A DNA stretch of 64,000 nt from the human T2T-CHM13v2.0 reference genome, Homo sapiens (GCF_009914755.1 NC_060935.1); one strand, 5' to 3'; numbered from the stretch's first letter, positions 25,100 to 49,079 are shown. Notes: generated from the letters alone by a model not told the origin. Numbers and translations are program-made.

Positions 25100-28000
25100 C
25101 AACAGTGGTAATGGATTATAATTCATGAAAAAAGAATCTATGCATCCACAGGGACACACCCATGTATATAAACAAATAAGTGGAAGAAAGGAATCCAGTT
25201 CTCACGTTAGAATCAACAGGGCTGGAAGGCCATCAAGGAAACCCCGTGGCAGGGGCAGGGGTTCAAAGAGCTGGTGGTTGTAGTCTCAGTGTCTCCCACC
25301 ACCACTTACTAGTTACAAAGGAAAAAGAATCACTTTCTAGAGGCAAAGCTGGCGACACCACCCGAGCCAAGTGATCCAAGTTAACATCACCAGGAATGGG
25401 ACAGGCCAGCTTCACCACCCTCCGGATGGACAGCCTCGGTAGCAGAACTCCTGCCAAAGACACAGCTGTCCAGGGTCGAATCATCCGGAGACACAGGGCA
25501 AACCCACATGGAGGGAGACACACACAGTGGCCTGAATACTTTGAAAATGCCAGGGCCAAAAAACGTAGAAGGCTAAATAAAGTACCGTTCAGGGTGAAGG
25601 GGAAGGAAGAAATGTGATGCCTAAGTGGGAGTCTATGATTCCACTATGTTATGTATTAGTCCATTTTCAAATTACTGATAAAGACATACCTGAGACTGGA
25701 TAATTTATAAAGGGAAGAGGTTTAATTGACTCACAGTTCCACATGGCTGGGGAGGCCTCACAATCACAGCAGAAGATGAAGGAAGAACAAAGGAACATCT
25801 TACATGATGACAGGCAAAGAGATAATGAAAACTGAGCACAAAGGGTTTCCCCTTATAAAACCATCAGATCTCGTGAGACTTATTCATTACCATGAGAACA
25901 GCATGGAGGAAACCACCCCCATGATTCAATTATCTCCCACGAGGTCCCTCCCATGACACGTGGGAATTATGGGAGCTACAATTCACGATGAGATTTGGGT
26001 GGGGACACAGCCAAACCATATCATTCCACCCCGGCCCCTCCCTAATCTCATGTCCTCACATTTCAAAACCAATCATGCCTTCCCAACGGTGCCCCAAAGT
26101 CTTAACTCATTTCAGCATTAACTCAAAAATCTGCAGTCCAAAGTCTCATCTGAGACCAGGCAAGTCCCTTCCACCTATGAGCCTGTAAAATCAAAAGCAA
26201 GTTAGTTAATTCCTAGACACAATTAGGGTACAGGCCTTGGATAAATACACCCATTTGAAATGGGAGTAATTGGCCAAAACGAAGGGGCTAAAGGCCCCAT
26301 GCAAGTTCGAAATCCAGTGGGGCAGTTAAATCTTAATGCTCCAAAATGATCTCCATTGACTCCATGTCTCACATCTAGGTCATGCTGATGCAAGAGGTGG
26401 GTTCCCATAGTCTTGAGCAGCTCTGCCCCTCTGGCTTTGCAGGGTACAGCCTCCCTCCTGGCTGCTTTCACAGGCTGGCATTGAGTGTCTGCAGCTTTTC
26501 CAGGCACATGGTGCAAGCTGTTGATGGATCTATCATTCTGGGATCTGGAGGACAGTGGCCCTCTTCTCACAGCTCCACTAGGCAGTGCCCCAGTGGGGAC
26601 TTTGCATGGGGGCTCCAACCCCACTTTTCCCTTCCTCACTGCCCTAGCAGAGGTTCTCCATGAGGACCCCACCCCTGCAGCAAACTTCTGCCTGGACATC
26701 CAGGCATTTCCATACATCTCTGAAATCTAGGCAGAGCTTTCCATACCTCAATTCTTGACTTCTGTGCACCCACAGGCTCAACACCACATGGAAGCTACCA
26801 AGAGTTGGGGCTTGCACCCTCTGAAGCCACAGCCCAAGCTGTACCTTGACACCTTTTAGCTATGGCTAGAGCGGCTGGGACACAGGGCACCAAGTCCCTA
26901 GGCTGCACACAGCATGGAGGCCCTGGGCCCAGTCCAGGAAACCATTTTTGCCTCCTAGGCCTCTGGGCCTGGGATGGGAGGGGCTGCTCCTAAGGTCTCT
27001 GACATGCCCTGGAGACATTTTCCCCATTGTCTTAGTGATTAACATTTGGCTTCTTGTTACTTATGCAAATTTCTGCAGGCTGCTTGACTTTCTCCTCAGA
27101 AAATGGGTTTTTATTTTCTATCACATTTTCAGACTGCAAATTTTCTGAACTTTTATCTCTGTTTCCCTTTCAAAACTGAATGCTTTTAACAACACCCAAG
27201 TCACCTCTTGAAAGCTTTGCAGCTTAGAAATTTCTTCCACCAAATACCCTAAATCATCTCCCTCAAGTTCAAAGTTCCACAAATCTCTAGGGCAGTGGTA
27301 AAATACTGCCAGTCTCTTTGCTAAAACATAGCAAGAGTCATCTTTAATCCACTTCCCAAAAAGTTTCTCATCTCCATCTGAGACCACCTCAGCCTGGATT
27401 TCATTGTCCATATCATTATCAGAATTTTGGTCAAGCCCTTCAACAAGTTTCTAGGAAGTTCCAGACTCTCCCACATTTTCTTGTCATCTTCTGAGCCCTC
27501 CAAACTGTCCAACCTCTGCCTCTTACCCAGTTCCAAAGTTGCTTCCACATTTTTGGGTATCTTTACAGCCGCACCCCACTCCCAGTACCAATTTACTGTA
27601 TTAGTCCATTTTCATGCTGCTGATAAAGACATACCTGAGACTGGGTAATTTATAAAGGGAAGAGGTTTAATTGACTCACAGTTCCACATGGCTGGGGAGG
27701 TCTCACAATCATGGCGGAAGATGAAGAAAGAGCAAAGGCACATCTTACGTGGCAGCTGGCAAAGAGAGAATGAAAACAGAGTGCAAGGGGTTCCCCCTTA
27801 TAAAACCATCAGATCTCATGAGACTTAATTCACTACCACGAGAACAATATGGGAGAAACTGCCCCCATGGTTCAATTATCTCCCACTGGGTCCCTCCCAC
27901 AACACATGGGAATTATGGGAGCTACAGTTCAAGATGAGATTTGGGTGGGGACACAGCCAAACCATATCAGAGTTGAATCCTGTCTGGGAAGAGATGGCTG

Positions 28001-28375
28001 CAATAGCCAGTGTCTGGGCAGCTGATGATGTGAGAGTGTGAGGTAGAGAACTGTAGTGTGCAATAGAGACCTGTAGTGTGCATGTCAGTGTTGTTTCCCG
28101 ATTTTGACAACAGTACCACATGGTTACAGAAGAGAACACCCTTATTCCTAAGAAATCCATGAGGAGGCGTTTAGCAGAAAACAGGCATGGTGTCTCCAAG
28201 GGCTCAGAAAGATTCAACCAAAAGAGGGAAGTCTGGAGAGGGACAGGATGGAGCAGGACGGGGGCAGTGTAGAAACCGCAGGCAAGTCTAAGCAGAGCAC
28301 GTTTGGGAGTTCCTTCTGCTATTCTTGCAACTTCTCTATAAGTTTGAAATGAAATCATATAAATCGAAAGTTAGA
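25100..28375 (+). mobile_element. L1MC-type 3' UTR split by THE1C (25100-25651 and 27970-28375)
   Basis: CAAGTGATCCAAGTTAACATCACC.. and the terminal CTATTCTTGCAACTTCTCTATAAGTTTGAAAT. Confidence 0.65.
25652..27969 (-). mobile_element. Full-length THE1C-like MaLR: 3' LTR 25652-26023, internal region 26024-27596, 5' LTR 27597-27969
   Basis: Two ~372-bp direct LTRs (TGATATGGTTTGG..CTAATACA on the minus strand). Polypurine tract GGAGGGGCCGGGGTGGAA before the left LTR. TGGTAC PBS-like site after the right LTR. TSD not clean. Confidence 0.93.
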
Positions 28376-28817
28376 AGAGAATTACCACATCATGTTGGAT
28401 TTCACTCATAGCCACGAGAACGGGTGGTGGTCTCTTCTGCAGTGAACTGATGCGATGTGTGATGTCACTAGTTCTCATCCAAAGCAGATGACAATTCCAG
28501 TTACTCCTCACCAGACATAAGAAAATGCTTTTAGTAGATCAGTTTTTCTGATTGTAAAGTTCAGAAATGTTAATCAGAGAACGTGCAGAAATTTTTAAAG
28601 AAGAAAAGTAAAATGACTCATCGTACCAAAAGCCAGAGATGCCAGCTTTTAGTTTCCTGCTAGTCTTTTTCTCGGCGTGTGTGTGTGCGCGCGTGCATGC
28701 ACATGTTTCTACTTGGTCTTTGTGTGTGTGTTAAGGGCGTGTACACACACAGTGCAGTCAGGAGTGAGTTGCACGTCTACAGCTAGGCTGCTTCCCCGAG
28801 GCTGTGTGGCCATCAGC

Positions 28818-29343
28818 CAGGCGTCCCCAACCCCCAGGCCATGAAGCACTACCAGTCCATGGCCTGTTAGGAACCAGGCTGCACAGCAGGAGGTGAGTGG
28901 CAGGTGAGCAAGTGAAGCTTCATCTGTATTTACAGTCACTCCCCATCACTCGCATTACCGCGTGAGCTCTGCCTCCTATCAGATCAGTGGCGGCATTAGA
29001 TTCTCACAGGGGTGTGTACCCTGTTGCAAACTATGCATGTGAGGGATCTAGGTTGCCTCCTCTTTATAAGAATCTAATGCCTGATGATCTGTCACTGTCT
29101 CCCATCACCCCCAGATGGGACTGTCTAGTTGCAGGAAAACAAGCTCAGGGCTCTCACTGATTCTACATTATGGTGAGTTGTATAATTATTTAATTCTATA
29201 TTACAATGTAATAATAGTAGAAATAAAGTGCCCAATGCAAGTAATGTGCTTGAATCATCCCAGAACCACCCACACCACTGGTCTGTGGAAAAACTGTTTT
29301 CCATGAAACCAGTCACTGGTCCCAAAAAGGTTGGGGACCACGG
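28818..29343 (+). mobile_element. MER1A (hAT-Charlie non-autonomous DNA transposon), full length
   Basis: TIRs CAGGCGTCCCCAACC / GGTTGGGGACCACGG, 526 bp long. 8-bp TSD CCATCAGC (28810-28817) / CCATCGGC (29344-29351). Confidence 0.93.
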
Positions 29344-29364
29344 CCATCGGCTGTTTGCTTTATG

Positions 29365-29500
29365 AATTTGTGCCTCAGTTTCTTCATCTCTGAAACGGGA
29401 ACGATGGGAGCCCTCACCTCGTATGGTGGTTTGAGGATTGAATGAACTCATTGTCCAGCACCCTTAGCTTCTTGCCAGCTCAGGAAGTGCTGAGCAGGGT
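29365..29500 (+). mobile_element. MIR fragment
   Basis: TGCCTCAGTTTCTTCATCTCTGAAACGGG..TGAGGATTGAATGA. Confidence 0.75.
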
Positions 29501-30109
29501 AACCCCTATCACTGCGTGTGTGTGTGTGTATATGTGTGTGTGTGCATACTTGCCTATGTGTGTCTGTGCAAATACTTGGTAAAATTGAGAGGGTACTAGA
29601 CAACTCATTTGTATCTTCTTACCTTTTGACACATGGCAGACATGTCTCACATCTGTTCTTCCTCCAAATGTGACCTTTCAATGGCTGCCTGGCATTTCCC
29701 CTGTGTTATTGAACGTAATCAACTCTCTATTGACGGCTGGGTTATTTCCTAATTGACTGCTGTAAATAGCATTGTGATGCAAATCCTTGTACACTCATTT
29801 TTGCCTGGAACTCAAGATTATTTCCTTGGGTCACATTTGCAGGAGAAGACTGACAGGATCAAAGGGTTCCTGCATTTTTATGGCTCTGACACCTTTGGCC
29901 AAATCACCTTCCGGGAGTGTTTTCCTAATTTAGCTTCCTACTGTGCTGCTGGACATCACTGACTCCCCCCGCCAACCCCCACCCCACACTGCACCACAAA
30001 GCTGGGTATTATCATAAAAACACTGCCATTATGATGAAGCAAAAATAGAATATCCTTCCTCCTCTTAGTGAGGGGAGTATGTTTATGTTTGTTGAGCTCT
30101 TTGTATTTT

Positions 30110-30570
30110 AGCCACCCATTCACTGGCCCACCTGCCCCTGGTGCACCTGCAGCAGCAAGACTGTCATCTAGGTTGTTGGGGAAACCAGGAGTGAGTGGAG
30201 CACGAGGGTCACCCTCCAGGAAGTGACCTGCAAGAGAATGGAGAGAGTCATGGACCGGCATGGCGTGGTAATGCATGGTGCGTGTCTCTTAGCAGTAAGA
30301 CCTTGAGAAGGAGCCAGGCAGGGAGGAATGGGAGGGTGAAGGAGTGCCTTTTGTGGAGGGGAGTCGGACACAGATGGGATTTCAGCAGAGACCTGATGGA
30401 ATTGAGGGAGTGGGTGGTGTGTGCTTCTGCAGGAAGAGCACCCAGACAGAGGGCATGGCACATGCAAAGGTCCTGTGTTGGGAACGTGCTTGGTGCATGT
30501 GAAGAACTGTGCAGGGAAGGTGCTGGAGATAGGACGGGAGGGCCACGAGGGTTAAGATCCTGAGAGCAAT
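30110..30570 (-). mobile_element. L2 fragment
   Basis: AGAGCACCCAGACAGAGGG..CATGCAAAGGTCCTGTG..GTGCTTGGTG motif. Confidence 0.65.
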
Positions 30571-30636
30571 GCGGGGGGTGTGAGTGATGAGGGACAACAT
30601 CAGTCCTCTCTTGGCTTCTGTACTTTAAAAAAATCA

Positions 30637-32836
<2,200 letters not shown>

Positions 32837-32839
32837 GAT

Positions 32840-35800
32840 CTTTAATTGCGGTAAGATACACTAATGCAAAATTTACCATTTTAACTATTTTTAAGCACAC
32901 AGTTCAGTGGCATGAAGTACATTGATTTTGTTATGCAACCATCACCACCATCCATTTCTAGAATTTTCTCATCCTCCCAAACTGAAACTCCATCCCCATT
33001 AAACACCAACTCCCCCATTCTCTCTTCCCCAGCCCCTGGCACCTACCATTTACCTTTCGTCCCTATGGATTTGACTAATCCAGGAACTTCATAAAAGTGG
33101 GATCATTGAGTACTCTATTTGTCTTTTGTGACTGGCTTATTTCACTTGGGCATAATGTCCTGAAAGTTCACTCATGCTGTAGCATGTGTCAGAATTTCCT
33201 TTTCCTTTTCAAGGCTGAATAATATTCCACTGTATGGATAGACCACATTTTGCTTATCCATTCATCTTTTGATGAACATTTGGGTTGCCTCCATGTTTTA
33301 GCTATTGTGAATAATGCTACTATGAATATGGGTGTACAAATATCTTTTCAACGCCCTGCTTTCAATTCTTTTGGGTATATACCCAGAAGTGGAATTTCTG
33401 GATTATATGGTAATTATAGTTTTAATTTCTTGAGGAACCACTATGCCGTTTTCCACAGTAGCTACCACATCCTCACCAACACTTGTAATTTCTGGGGTTT
33501 TTTAATAGTAGCCATTCTAGTGGGTGTGCAGTGGTATCTCATTATAGTTTTGATTTACATTTTCTTATGAGTAGTGATGTTGAGTATCTTTTCATGCTCT
33601 TATTAGCCATTTGTATATCTTCTTTGGAGAATATCTCCTCAGCTCTTTTGCCCACTTCATTAAATTGAGAGGTTTGTTTTTGCTGTTGAGTTTTAGAACT
33701 TCTCTATATATTCTGGATATTAATCCCTTATCAGATATAGGATTTGCAAATATTTTCTCTCATTCTGTGGGGTGCCTTTTTACTCCGTTGATAGTGTCTT
33801 TGTACAAAAATTTTTAATGTTCACGAAGTCCAAGTTGTCTACTTTTTGTTTTGTTGCCTGTGCCTTTGGTCTTTGTGTTAGTCCATTTAGCATTGCTATA
33901 AAGGAATACCTGAGGCTGGTAATTTATAAAGAAAAGAGGTTTAATTGGCTTATGGTTCTGCAGGCTGTACAAGAAACATGGTGCCAGCACCTGCTTCTGG
34001 CGAGAGCCTCAGGAAGCTTCCAATCACGGCAGAAGGTGAAGCGGGAGTAGGTGTCTCATATGATGAGACAGGGAGCAAGAGAAAGGAGGTTCCAGTCTCC
34101 TTTTAACAACCAGATCTTGCATGAACTCATTACCTAATCATGGGGAATCTGCCCCTATGACCCAAACAGCACCCACCAGGCCCCACCTCCAACGCTGGGG
34201 ATCACATTTCAACATGAGAGTTGGAGGGGACAAATATCTGAACTCTATCAATGTTATATCCAAGAAATCATAGCCAAATCCAATGTCATGAAGCTTTTGC
34301 CCTATGTTTTCTTCTAAGATTTTTATAGTTTTACGTTGCACATTTAGATATTTGATCCATTTTGAGTTAATTTTTGTATATGGTGTGAAGTAAGGGTCCA
34401 GCTTCCCTCTTGCATGTGGATTTCCAGTTTTCCCAGCACCATTTGTTGAAAAGACAGTCCTTTTCTCATTGAATAGTCTTGGAACCCTAGTCAAAAATCA
34501 TTTAACCATTTATGCCACGGTTTATTTCTGGGCTGTCTCATGTTCCATTGGTTTATATGTCTGTCTTTTTGCCTGTGTCACACTGTCTTGATTACTGTAA
34601 GTTTATAGTAAAGTTTTGAAATCAGAAAGTGTTAGGCTTCCAGCTTGGCTTTTCTTTTTCAATATTGCTTTTGGCTATTTTAAGTTCCTTGAGATTCCAT
34701 ATGAATTTTAGGATGGGTTTTTCTATTTTTGCAAAAAGTGTCATTGGGATTTTGAGAGGGATTGCACTGAATCTATAAATCACTTTGGGTAGTATTGATA
34801 TCTCAACATTGTCTTCTAATCCATGAACATGGGATATGTTTCCATTTATTTGCATCTTTTTAAGTTTCTTTCAGTAATGTTTTGTGGGTTTTGCTGCAGA
34901 AGTCTTTTACCTCCTTGGTTAAGTTAATTCCTAAGTATTCTACTTGATGCTATTATAAATTAAATTGTTTTCTTAATTTCATTTTTAGATTGTTCATTGT
35001 TAGCATATAGAAATGCAACTGATTTTGCATGTTTACCTTAGATTCTGTAACTTTGCTGACTTCATTTATTAGCTCTAATAAGTTTTTGTGGAATCTTTAG
35101 GGGTTTCTACATATGAGATTATGTTATCTGTGAATAGAAATAGTTTTACGTCTTTTTTTTCCATTCTGGATGCCTTTTATTTCTTTTAATTTTTTTCTTG
35201 CCAAATTGCTCTGGCTAGAATTTTCAGTACAATGTTGAATAGAAGTGGTGAAAGTGGTCACCCTGGCCTTATTCCTGACCTTAGAGGGAAAAATTTCAGT
35301 CTCATCATTATGATGTTAGCTGTGGATTTTCACATATGGTTTTTATTATGTTAAGGTAGTTTCCTTCTATTCCTAGTTTGTTGAGAGTTTTTAATAAGGA
35401 TGTTGAATTTTGTCAAATGCTTTTTGTATCAATTGAGATCATGTGATCATGTGAGTGTTATTTCTTCATTCTGTTAATATGCTCTTTTACATGGATTTAT
35501 TTTTGTATGTTGAACCATCCTTGCATTCCAGGACTAAATCTCACATGGTCATGATATGTAATACTTTAACTATGTTTCTGAACTCAGTTTGCTATTTTGT
35601 TGAGAATTTTGCATCAGTTTTCATAAGGGATATTGGTCTGTAGTTTTCTTGTAGTCTTTGTCTGGCTTTAGTATCAGAGTAATGCTCTCCTCATAGAATG
35701 AGTTAGAAACCTTTCCCCTCCTCTTTAATTTTTTGGGAAAGATTGAGAAGGATGGGAGTTTATTCTTTAAATATTTGGTAGGATTCATTGGGGAAGCCAT

Positions 35801-36304
35801 CAGGTCCAGGCTTTTCTTTGTTGAGAGTTTTTTGATTACTGATTCAATCTCCTCACTAGTTATAGGTCCATGAAGATTTTGTATTTCTTTGTGATTTAGT
35901 TTTGGTAGGTTTCGTGTTTCTCAGAATTTGTCCATTTCATCTAGGTTATCCAATTTGTTGATACACAATTGTTCACAATACTCTCTTATAATCCTTTTTA
36001 TTTCTGTAGAATTGATAGTCATGTCCCTATTTTCACTTCTGATTTCAGTAGTCTTCTCTCTTTTTTACTTAGTCCATCTAGCTAAAGGTTTGTCAATTCT
36101 TAAAATCTTTTCAGAGAAGCAACTTTGATTTAATTGATTTTTCTCTATTGTTTTTCTATTCTCTATTTTGTTGGTCTCTGCTGTGGTATTTATTATCTTC
36201 TTTCTTCTGCTAGCTTTGGGTTTAGTTCTTTTGCTAGTTCCTTAAGTGGTAAAGTTAGGTTATTTACTGGAGATCTTTCTTGTTTATTAATGTAACAATT
36301 TATA
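32840..36304 (-). mobile_element. L1MB-type element (3' end and ORF2), part 1
   Basis: AAAATTTACCATTTTAACTATTTTTAAG..ACAGTTCAGTGGCAT 3' end. ORF2 remnants in ORFs 34138-34494 and 34622-34855. Resumes at 52272. Confidence 0.85.
33874..34250 (-). mobile_element. MSTA/MSTB solo LTR inside L1MB
   Basis: TGTGTTAGTCC..CATTGCTATAAAGGAATACCTGAGGCTGG..CTATCA. Degenerate 5-bp TSD GTCTT/ATGTT. Confidence 0.88.
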
Positions 36305-38009
36305 GGGAGGGAGTGGAGCAAGATGGCCAAATAGAAGCCTCCAATTGTCCTCCCCAACAGGAACACCAAATTTGAGAACTATCTACACAAAAAAGCACCT
36401 TCATAAGAACCAAAATTCAGATAAGCAATCACAGTATCTGCTTTTAACTTTATATTGCTGGAAGAGGCACTGAAGAGGGCAAGAGAGACAGTACTGAATC
36501 ACTGACAGCACTGCGCCTCCCATCCCCCAGCTATGTGGCATGGAGAGAGAATCTGAGAGCTTGGGGGAGGGAAAGTGCAGTGCTTTGGGACTGTCCATCG
36601 AGCTCAGTGATTCCCTGTTGCCACAGAAAGCAGAACCAGGCTAAATTCAGCCCACACCCAGCACAGAGGGAGCATTTAAACCAGCCCTAGCCAGAGGGGA
36701 ATCACATATCTCAGGGGTCAGAAACTGAGTTCCAGAAAACCTTGCCACCACGGGCTAAAGTGCTCTGGGGTTCTAAATAAACTTGTAAGGCAGTCTAGGC
36801 CACAATAACTGCAATTCCTAGGCAAGTCCTATTGCTGAGATGGGCTCAGAGCCAGTGGATGTGGGGGGCACACAACCTAGTGAGACACCAGCCAGGGTGG
36901 CTAACCCCAGGCAGCACAGCTCACAGAAACAAAAGTGACTCTTTTCCTCTGCTTAAAGAGAGGAGATGGAGCAGTAAAGAGAACATTGTCTTGCATCTTG
37001 GATACCAGCTCAACCACAGTAGGAGAGGACACTGGGCAGAGTCAATGGGCACACATTTCAGGCCCTGGCTCTTGGACATTTCCAGACACACCCTGGGCCA
37101 GAAGGGAATCCACTGCCTTGGAGGGAAGGACCTAGTCTTGTCAGAATTCATCATCAGCTGACTAAAGAGCCCTTGGACCCTGAACAACCAGCAGTGCCAG
37201 GTAGTATCCTGTGGGCCTTGAATGAGATTCTGAAATATACTGGCTTCAGGTACCAGCTTGACCACAGTGGGGTAGAGCACCAAATGGGCTCTTGGGGTCC
37301 CTGATTCCAGGCCTTGGCTCTTGGACAGCATTTCTGGACCTGCTCTAGGCCAGAAGGGAGCCCACTGACCTGAAAGGTGAGTCCACAGCCTAGAAGCCTT
37401 CACCACAAGCTGACTGAAGAGCCCTCAGGCCTTCAGTGGACAACCATGGTAGCCTGACAGTACTGCCTATGGGCCTGTAGTGGTGGTGGCCACAGGGAGA
37501 GGCTCCTTTGCCTATGGAAAGGAGAAGGAATTCTGGGTATGACTTTGTCTTGTGCTACTACTGAGTGCCAGCTTAGCCTCTGTAGTATACCACACCAGGT
37601 AGGTTTCTAAGGTCTTTGACTACAGACCCTTGCTCCTGGATGGCATCTCTGGACCCACCTTGGACTTGGGGGAACTCACCACCCTAAAGTGAAGGACAAA
37701 AGCCTGGCTGGCTTTACCATTTGCTAATTGTAGAGCCCTGGGGCTTTGAGTGAACATAGGTGGTAGCCAGGTAGTGCTTACAGCGGGCCTTGGGTGAAAC
37801 CCAGTGATGTGTTGGCTTCAGGTCTGACCAGCACAGTCCCAGTGGTGGTGGCCACAGGTAAGCTTGTGTCACTCCTCCCCAAGCTTCAGGTGGCTTAGCA
37901 TAGAGAGAGAGTCCATTTCTTTGGGAGAAAGTAAGAGAAGAAAACAAGAGTCTCTGCCTCGTAATGCAGAGAATTCTTCTGGATCTTATCTAAGACCACC
38001 AAGGCAGTA

Positions 38010-38407
<398 letters not shown>

Positions 38408-39677
38408 TTAGATCACAACACCCAAGTCCCTTTGAATACCTGGAAAGCTTTACCAAGAAAGATGGGTACAAACAAGCCCAGACTGCAAAGGCTACAATAA
38501 ATACCTAACTCTTTAATGCCTAGACACCAATGAACAAGACCATCTAGGAAAACATGACCTGACCAAACAAACTAAATAAAGCATCAGGGACCAATCCTGA
38601 AGAAAAGAGATATGTGACCTTTCAGAGAGAGAATTTAAAATAGCTGTTATGAGAAAACTCAAATTCAAGATAACACAGCGAAGGAATTCAGAATTCTATC
38701 AGATAAATTTAATAAAGAGATTAAAATAAGAATCAAGCAGAAATTCTGGAGTTGAAAAATGCAGCTGACATATTGAAGAATGTATCAGAATCTCTTGATA
38801 ACAGCATTGATCAAGAACAAAAAAGAATTAGTAAGCTTGAAGACAGGATATTTGTAAATACACAGAGGAGACAGAATAAGAACGAATGAAGCATGATCTA
38901 GAAAATAGCCTCAAAAGGGCAAATCTAAGATTTATTGACCTTAAAGAGGAGGTAGAGAAAGAGATAGGGGTAGAAAGCTTATTCAAAGGGATACTAACAT
39001 AGAACTTCCCAAACCTAGAGAAAGATACCAATATTCAAATACAAGAAGATTCTAGAATACCAAGCAGATTTAACCCAAAGAAGACTACCTCAAGGTATTT
39101 AATAGTCAAAGTTCCAAAGGTCAAGGATAAAGAAAGGATCCTAAAAGCAGCAAGAAAAAAAAGACTTATAATTGAACTCCATTATATCTGGCAGCAGAGT
39201 TTTCAATGGAAACTTTATGGGCCAGAAGAGAGTGGCAGGACATATTTAAGGTGCTGAAGGAAAAAAAAGAAAAAAACTTTTGCTCTAGAATAGTATATCT
39301 GGTGAAAATATCCTTCCAACATGAAGGAGAAATACAGACCTTCCCAGACAAACAAAAGCTGAGGATGTCATCAACACCAGAGCTGTCTTACAAGAAATGC
39401 TAAAGGGAATTCTTCAATCTGAAAGAAAAGGGTGTTAATAAGCAACAAGAAATGATGTGAAGGTACAAAACTCACTGGTAATACATACACAGAAATACAA
39501 ATAGTATTATAACACTGTAATTATGGTGTGTAAACTACTCATATATTAAGTAGAAGGATGAAAAGAAGAACTGATAAATAATGACTACAACAACTTTTGC
39601 GGTACAATAGGCAGTACAATAAGATATAGAGACAAAAAAACTTAAAAAGCGGAGAGACAAAAGTTGAAGTGTAGAGA

Positions 39678-46504
<6,827 letters not shown>

Positions 46505-47488
46505 TAAAGTGTAGAATTTTTGATTTTGTTTTTTTGCTTGTTTATGCAATTAGTGTTAAGTCATCATCAGTTTAAAATAATGAGTTGTAAGATATTTTCA
46601 AGCCTCATGGTAACCTCAGATCTAAAACATATGGCAGACACACAAATAAAAAGCAAGAAATTAAAGCATGCCACTAGAGAAAATCACCTTCACTAAAAGG
46701 AAGACAGAAGGGAAGTAACAAAGGAAGAGAATATCTTCACCAGAAAACAAATAATAAAATGGCAAGAGTGAGTCCTTACGTATCAATAATAATATTAAAT
46801 GTAAATGGGCTAACCTTGCCAATCAAAAGACAGAGTGGTTGAATGGACCCCTGCCCCCACAAAAAAAGACCCAATTATCTGTTGCTTACAAGAAACACAT
46901 TTCAACCTATAAAAATACACATAGACTGAAAATTAAGGGCTTGAAAAAAGATATTCCGTGCCAATAGAAACCAGAAAAGATCAGGAGTAGCTATACTTGT
47001 ATTAGGCAAAGTAGAGTTCAAGATAATAACTATAAGAAGAGACAAAGAAGGTCATTACATCATGATAAAGGGATCAATTCAGCAAGACGATATAACAATT
47101 TCAAAGAAACATCTAACTTAATCTGCACTGTAGACCAAATATACCTAATAGATATTTACAGGACATTTCATCCAGCAATTCCAAGAGAAGAATACACATT
47201 CTCCTCAGCACATAGCTCATTCTCAAGGATAGACCATATGTTAGATCACAAAACAAGTCTTGAAACATTCTAAAAAATTGAAATACTATCAAGCATCTTC
47301 TCTGACCAGTACAGAATAAAACTAGAAGTTAATAATGAGACATTTTGGAAACTATACAGACATACACATAGTAATTAAACAATATGCTCCTGAATGACCA
47401 GAGGGTCAAGGAAGAAATTAAGAAGGAAATTGAAAATTTTATTGAAATAAATTACAATGGAAACACAACATACCAAAACCTGTGGGAT

Positions 47489-48343
47489 TTGTTTGTGTCT
47501 TTTTTACTTCCTTGAGCAGTGGTTTGTAGTTCTCCTTGAAGATATGAACAGACACTTCTCAAAAAAAAGACATTTATGCAGCCAAAAAACATATGAAAAT
47601 GTGCTCATCATCACTGGTCATTAGAGAAATGCAAATCAAAACCACAATGAGATACCATCTCACACCAGTTAGAATGGCGATCATTAAAAAATCAGGAAAC
47701 AACAGATGCTGGAGAGGATGTGGAGAAATAGGAACGCTTTTACACTGTTGGTGGGAGTGTAAATTAGTTCAACCATTGTGGAAGACAGTGTGGCAATTCC
47801 TCAAGGATCTAGAACCCAAATACCATTTGACCCAGTGATCCCATTACTGGGTATATACCCAAAGGATTATAAATCATTGTATTATAAAGACACATGCACA
47901 CATATGTTTATTGCACCACTATTCACAATAGCAAAGACTTGGAACCAACCCAAATGCCCATCAATGATAGGCTGGATAAAGAAAATGTGGCACATATACA
48001 CTGTGAAGTACTATGCAGCCATAAAAAAAGATGAGTTTATGTTCTTTTCAGGGACACGGATGAAGCTGGAAACCATCATTCTCAGCAAACTAACACAAGA
48101 ACAGAAAACCAAACACCACATGTTCTCACTCATAAGCGGGAGTTGAACAAGGAGAACACATGGACACAGGGAGGGGAACATCACACACCGGGGTCTGTTG
48201 GGGGGTGGGGGGCAAGGGGAGGGAGGGAATTAGGAGAAATACCTAATGTAGATGACGGGTTGATGGGTGCAGCAAACCACCATGGCACGTGTATGCCTAT
48301 GTAACAAAACTGCATGTTCTGCACATGTACCCCAGAACTTATA
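47489..48343 (+). mobile_element. 5'-inverted (twin-primed) L1PA6/7
   Basis: Inverted ORF2 piece at 47489-47542 plus sense 3' piece at 47541-48343. TSD AAAACCTGTGGGAT / AAATCCTGTGGGAT. Confidence 0.9.
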
Positions 48344-49045
48344 AAAATCCTGTGGGATACAGCAAAAGCAGTATTAAGAGGGAAGTTTCTAGTTAAAAGC
48401 ACCTGCATCAATAAAGAGAAAAACTTCAAGTAAACAACCTAATGATCTTAAAGAACAAGAAAAGCAAGAGTAAGTCAACCTAAAATTAGTAGAAGAAATA
48501 ATAAAGCTTAGAGCAGAAATACATGAAATTGAAGTGAAGAAAACAAGACAAAAGATCAACAAAATAAAAAGTTGGTTTTTTTTTTAAAAGATAAAATTGA
48601 CAAACCTTTAGCCAGACTAAGAAAAGAAGAGGGAAGATCCAAGTAACTAAAGTCAGAGACAAAAAAAGGAGACATTACAACTGATACCACAGAAATTCAA
48701 AGGATAATTAGTGGCTGCTATGAGCAACTCTATGCCAATAAATTGGAAAATCTGGAAGAAATGGATACATTCCTAGACATGTGCAACCTACCAAGATTGA
48801 ACCAGGAAGAAATGCAAACCTGAACAGACCACTAAGCAGTAATGAGATTGAACCTGTAATTTAAAAATCTTCCAACAAAGAAAACCCTGAGACTTGATGG
48901 CCTCACTGCTAAATTCTGCCAAAGATTTCAAGAACTAATACTAATCCTTCTGAAACTATTATGAAAAATAGAGGAGGAGGGAATACCTCCAAACTCATCT
49001 ACAAGGCCCGTATTACCCTGTTACCAAAACCAGACAAAGATACAT

Positions 49046-49046
<1 letters not shown>

Positions 49047-49079
<33 letters not shown>
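49047..49079 (+). repeat. Poly(A)33 run inside the L1MA ORF2
   Basis: Read directly from the sequence. Confidence 0.95.

Noticed and set aside
26223-27548. ORFs in the THE1 internal region
   Set aside because: Decayed MaLR internal sequence, not a host gene.
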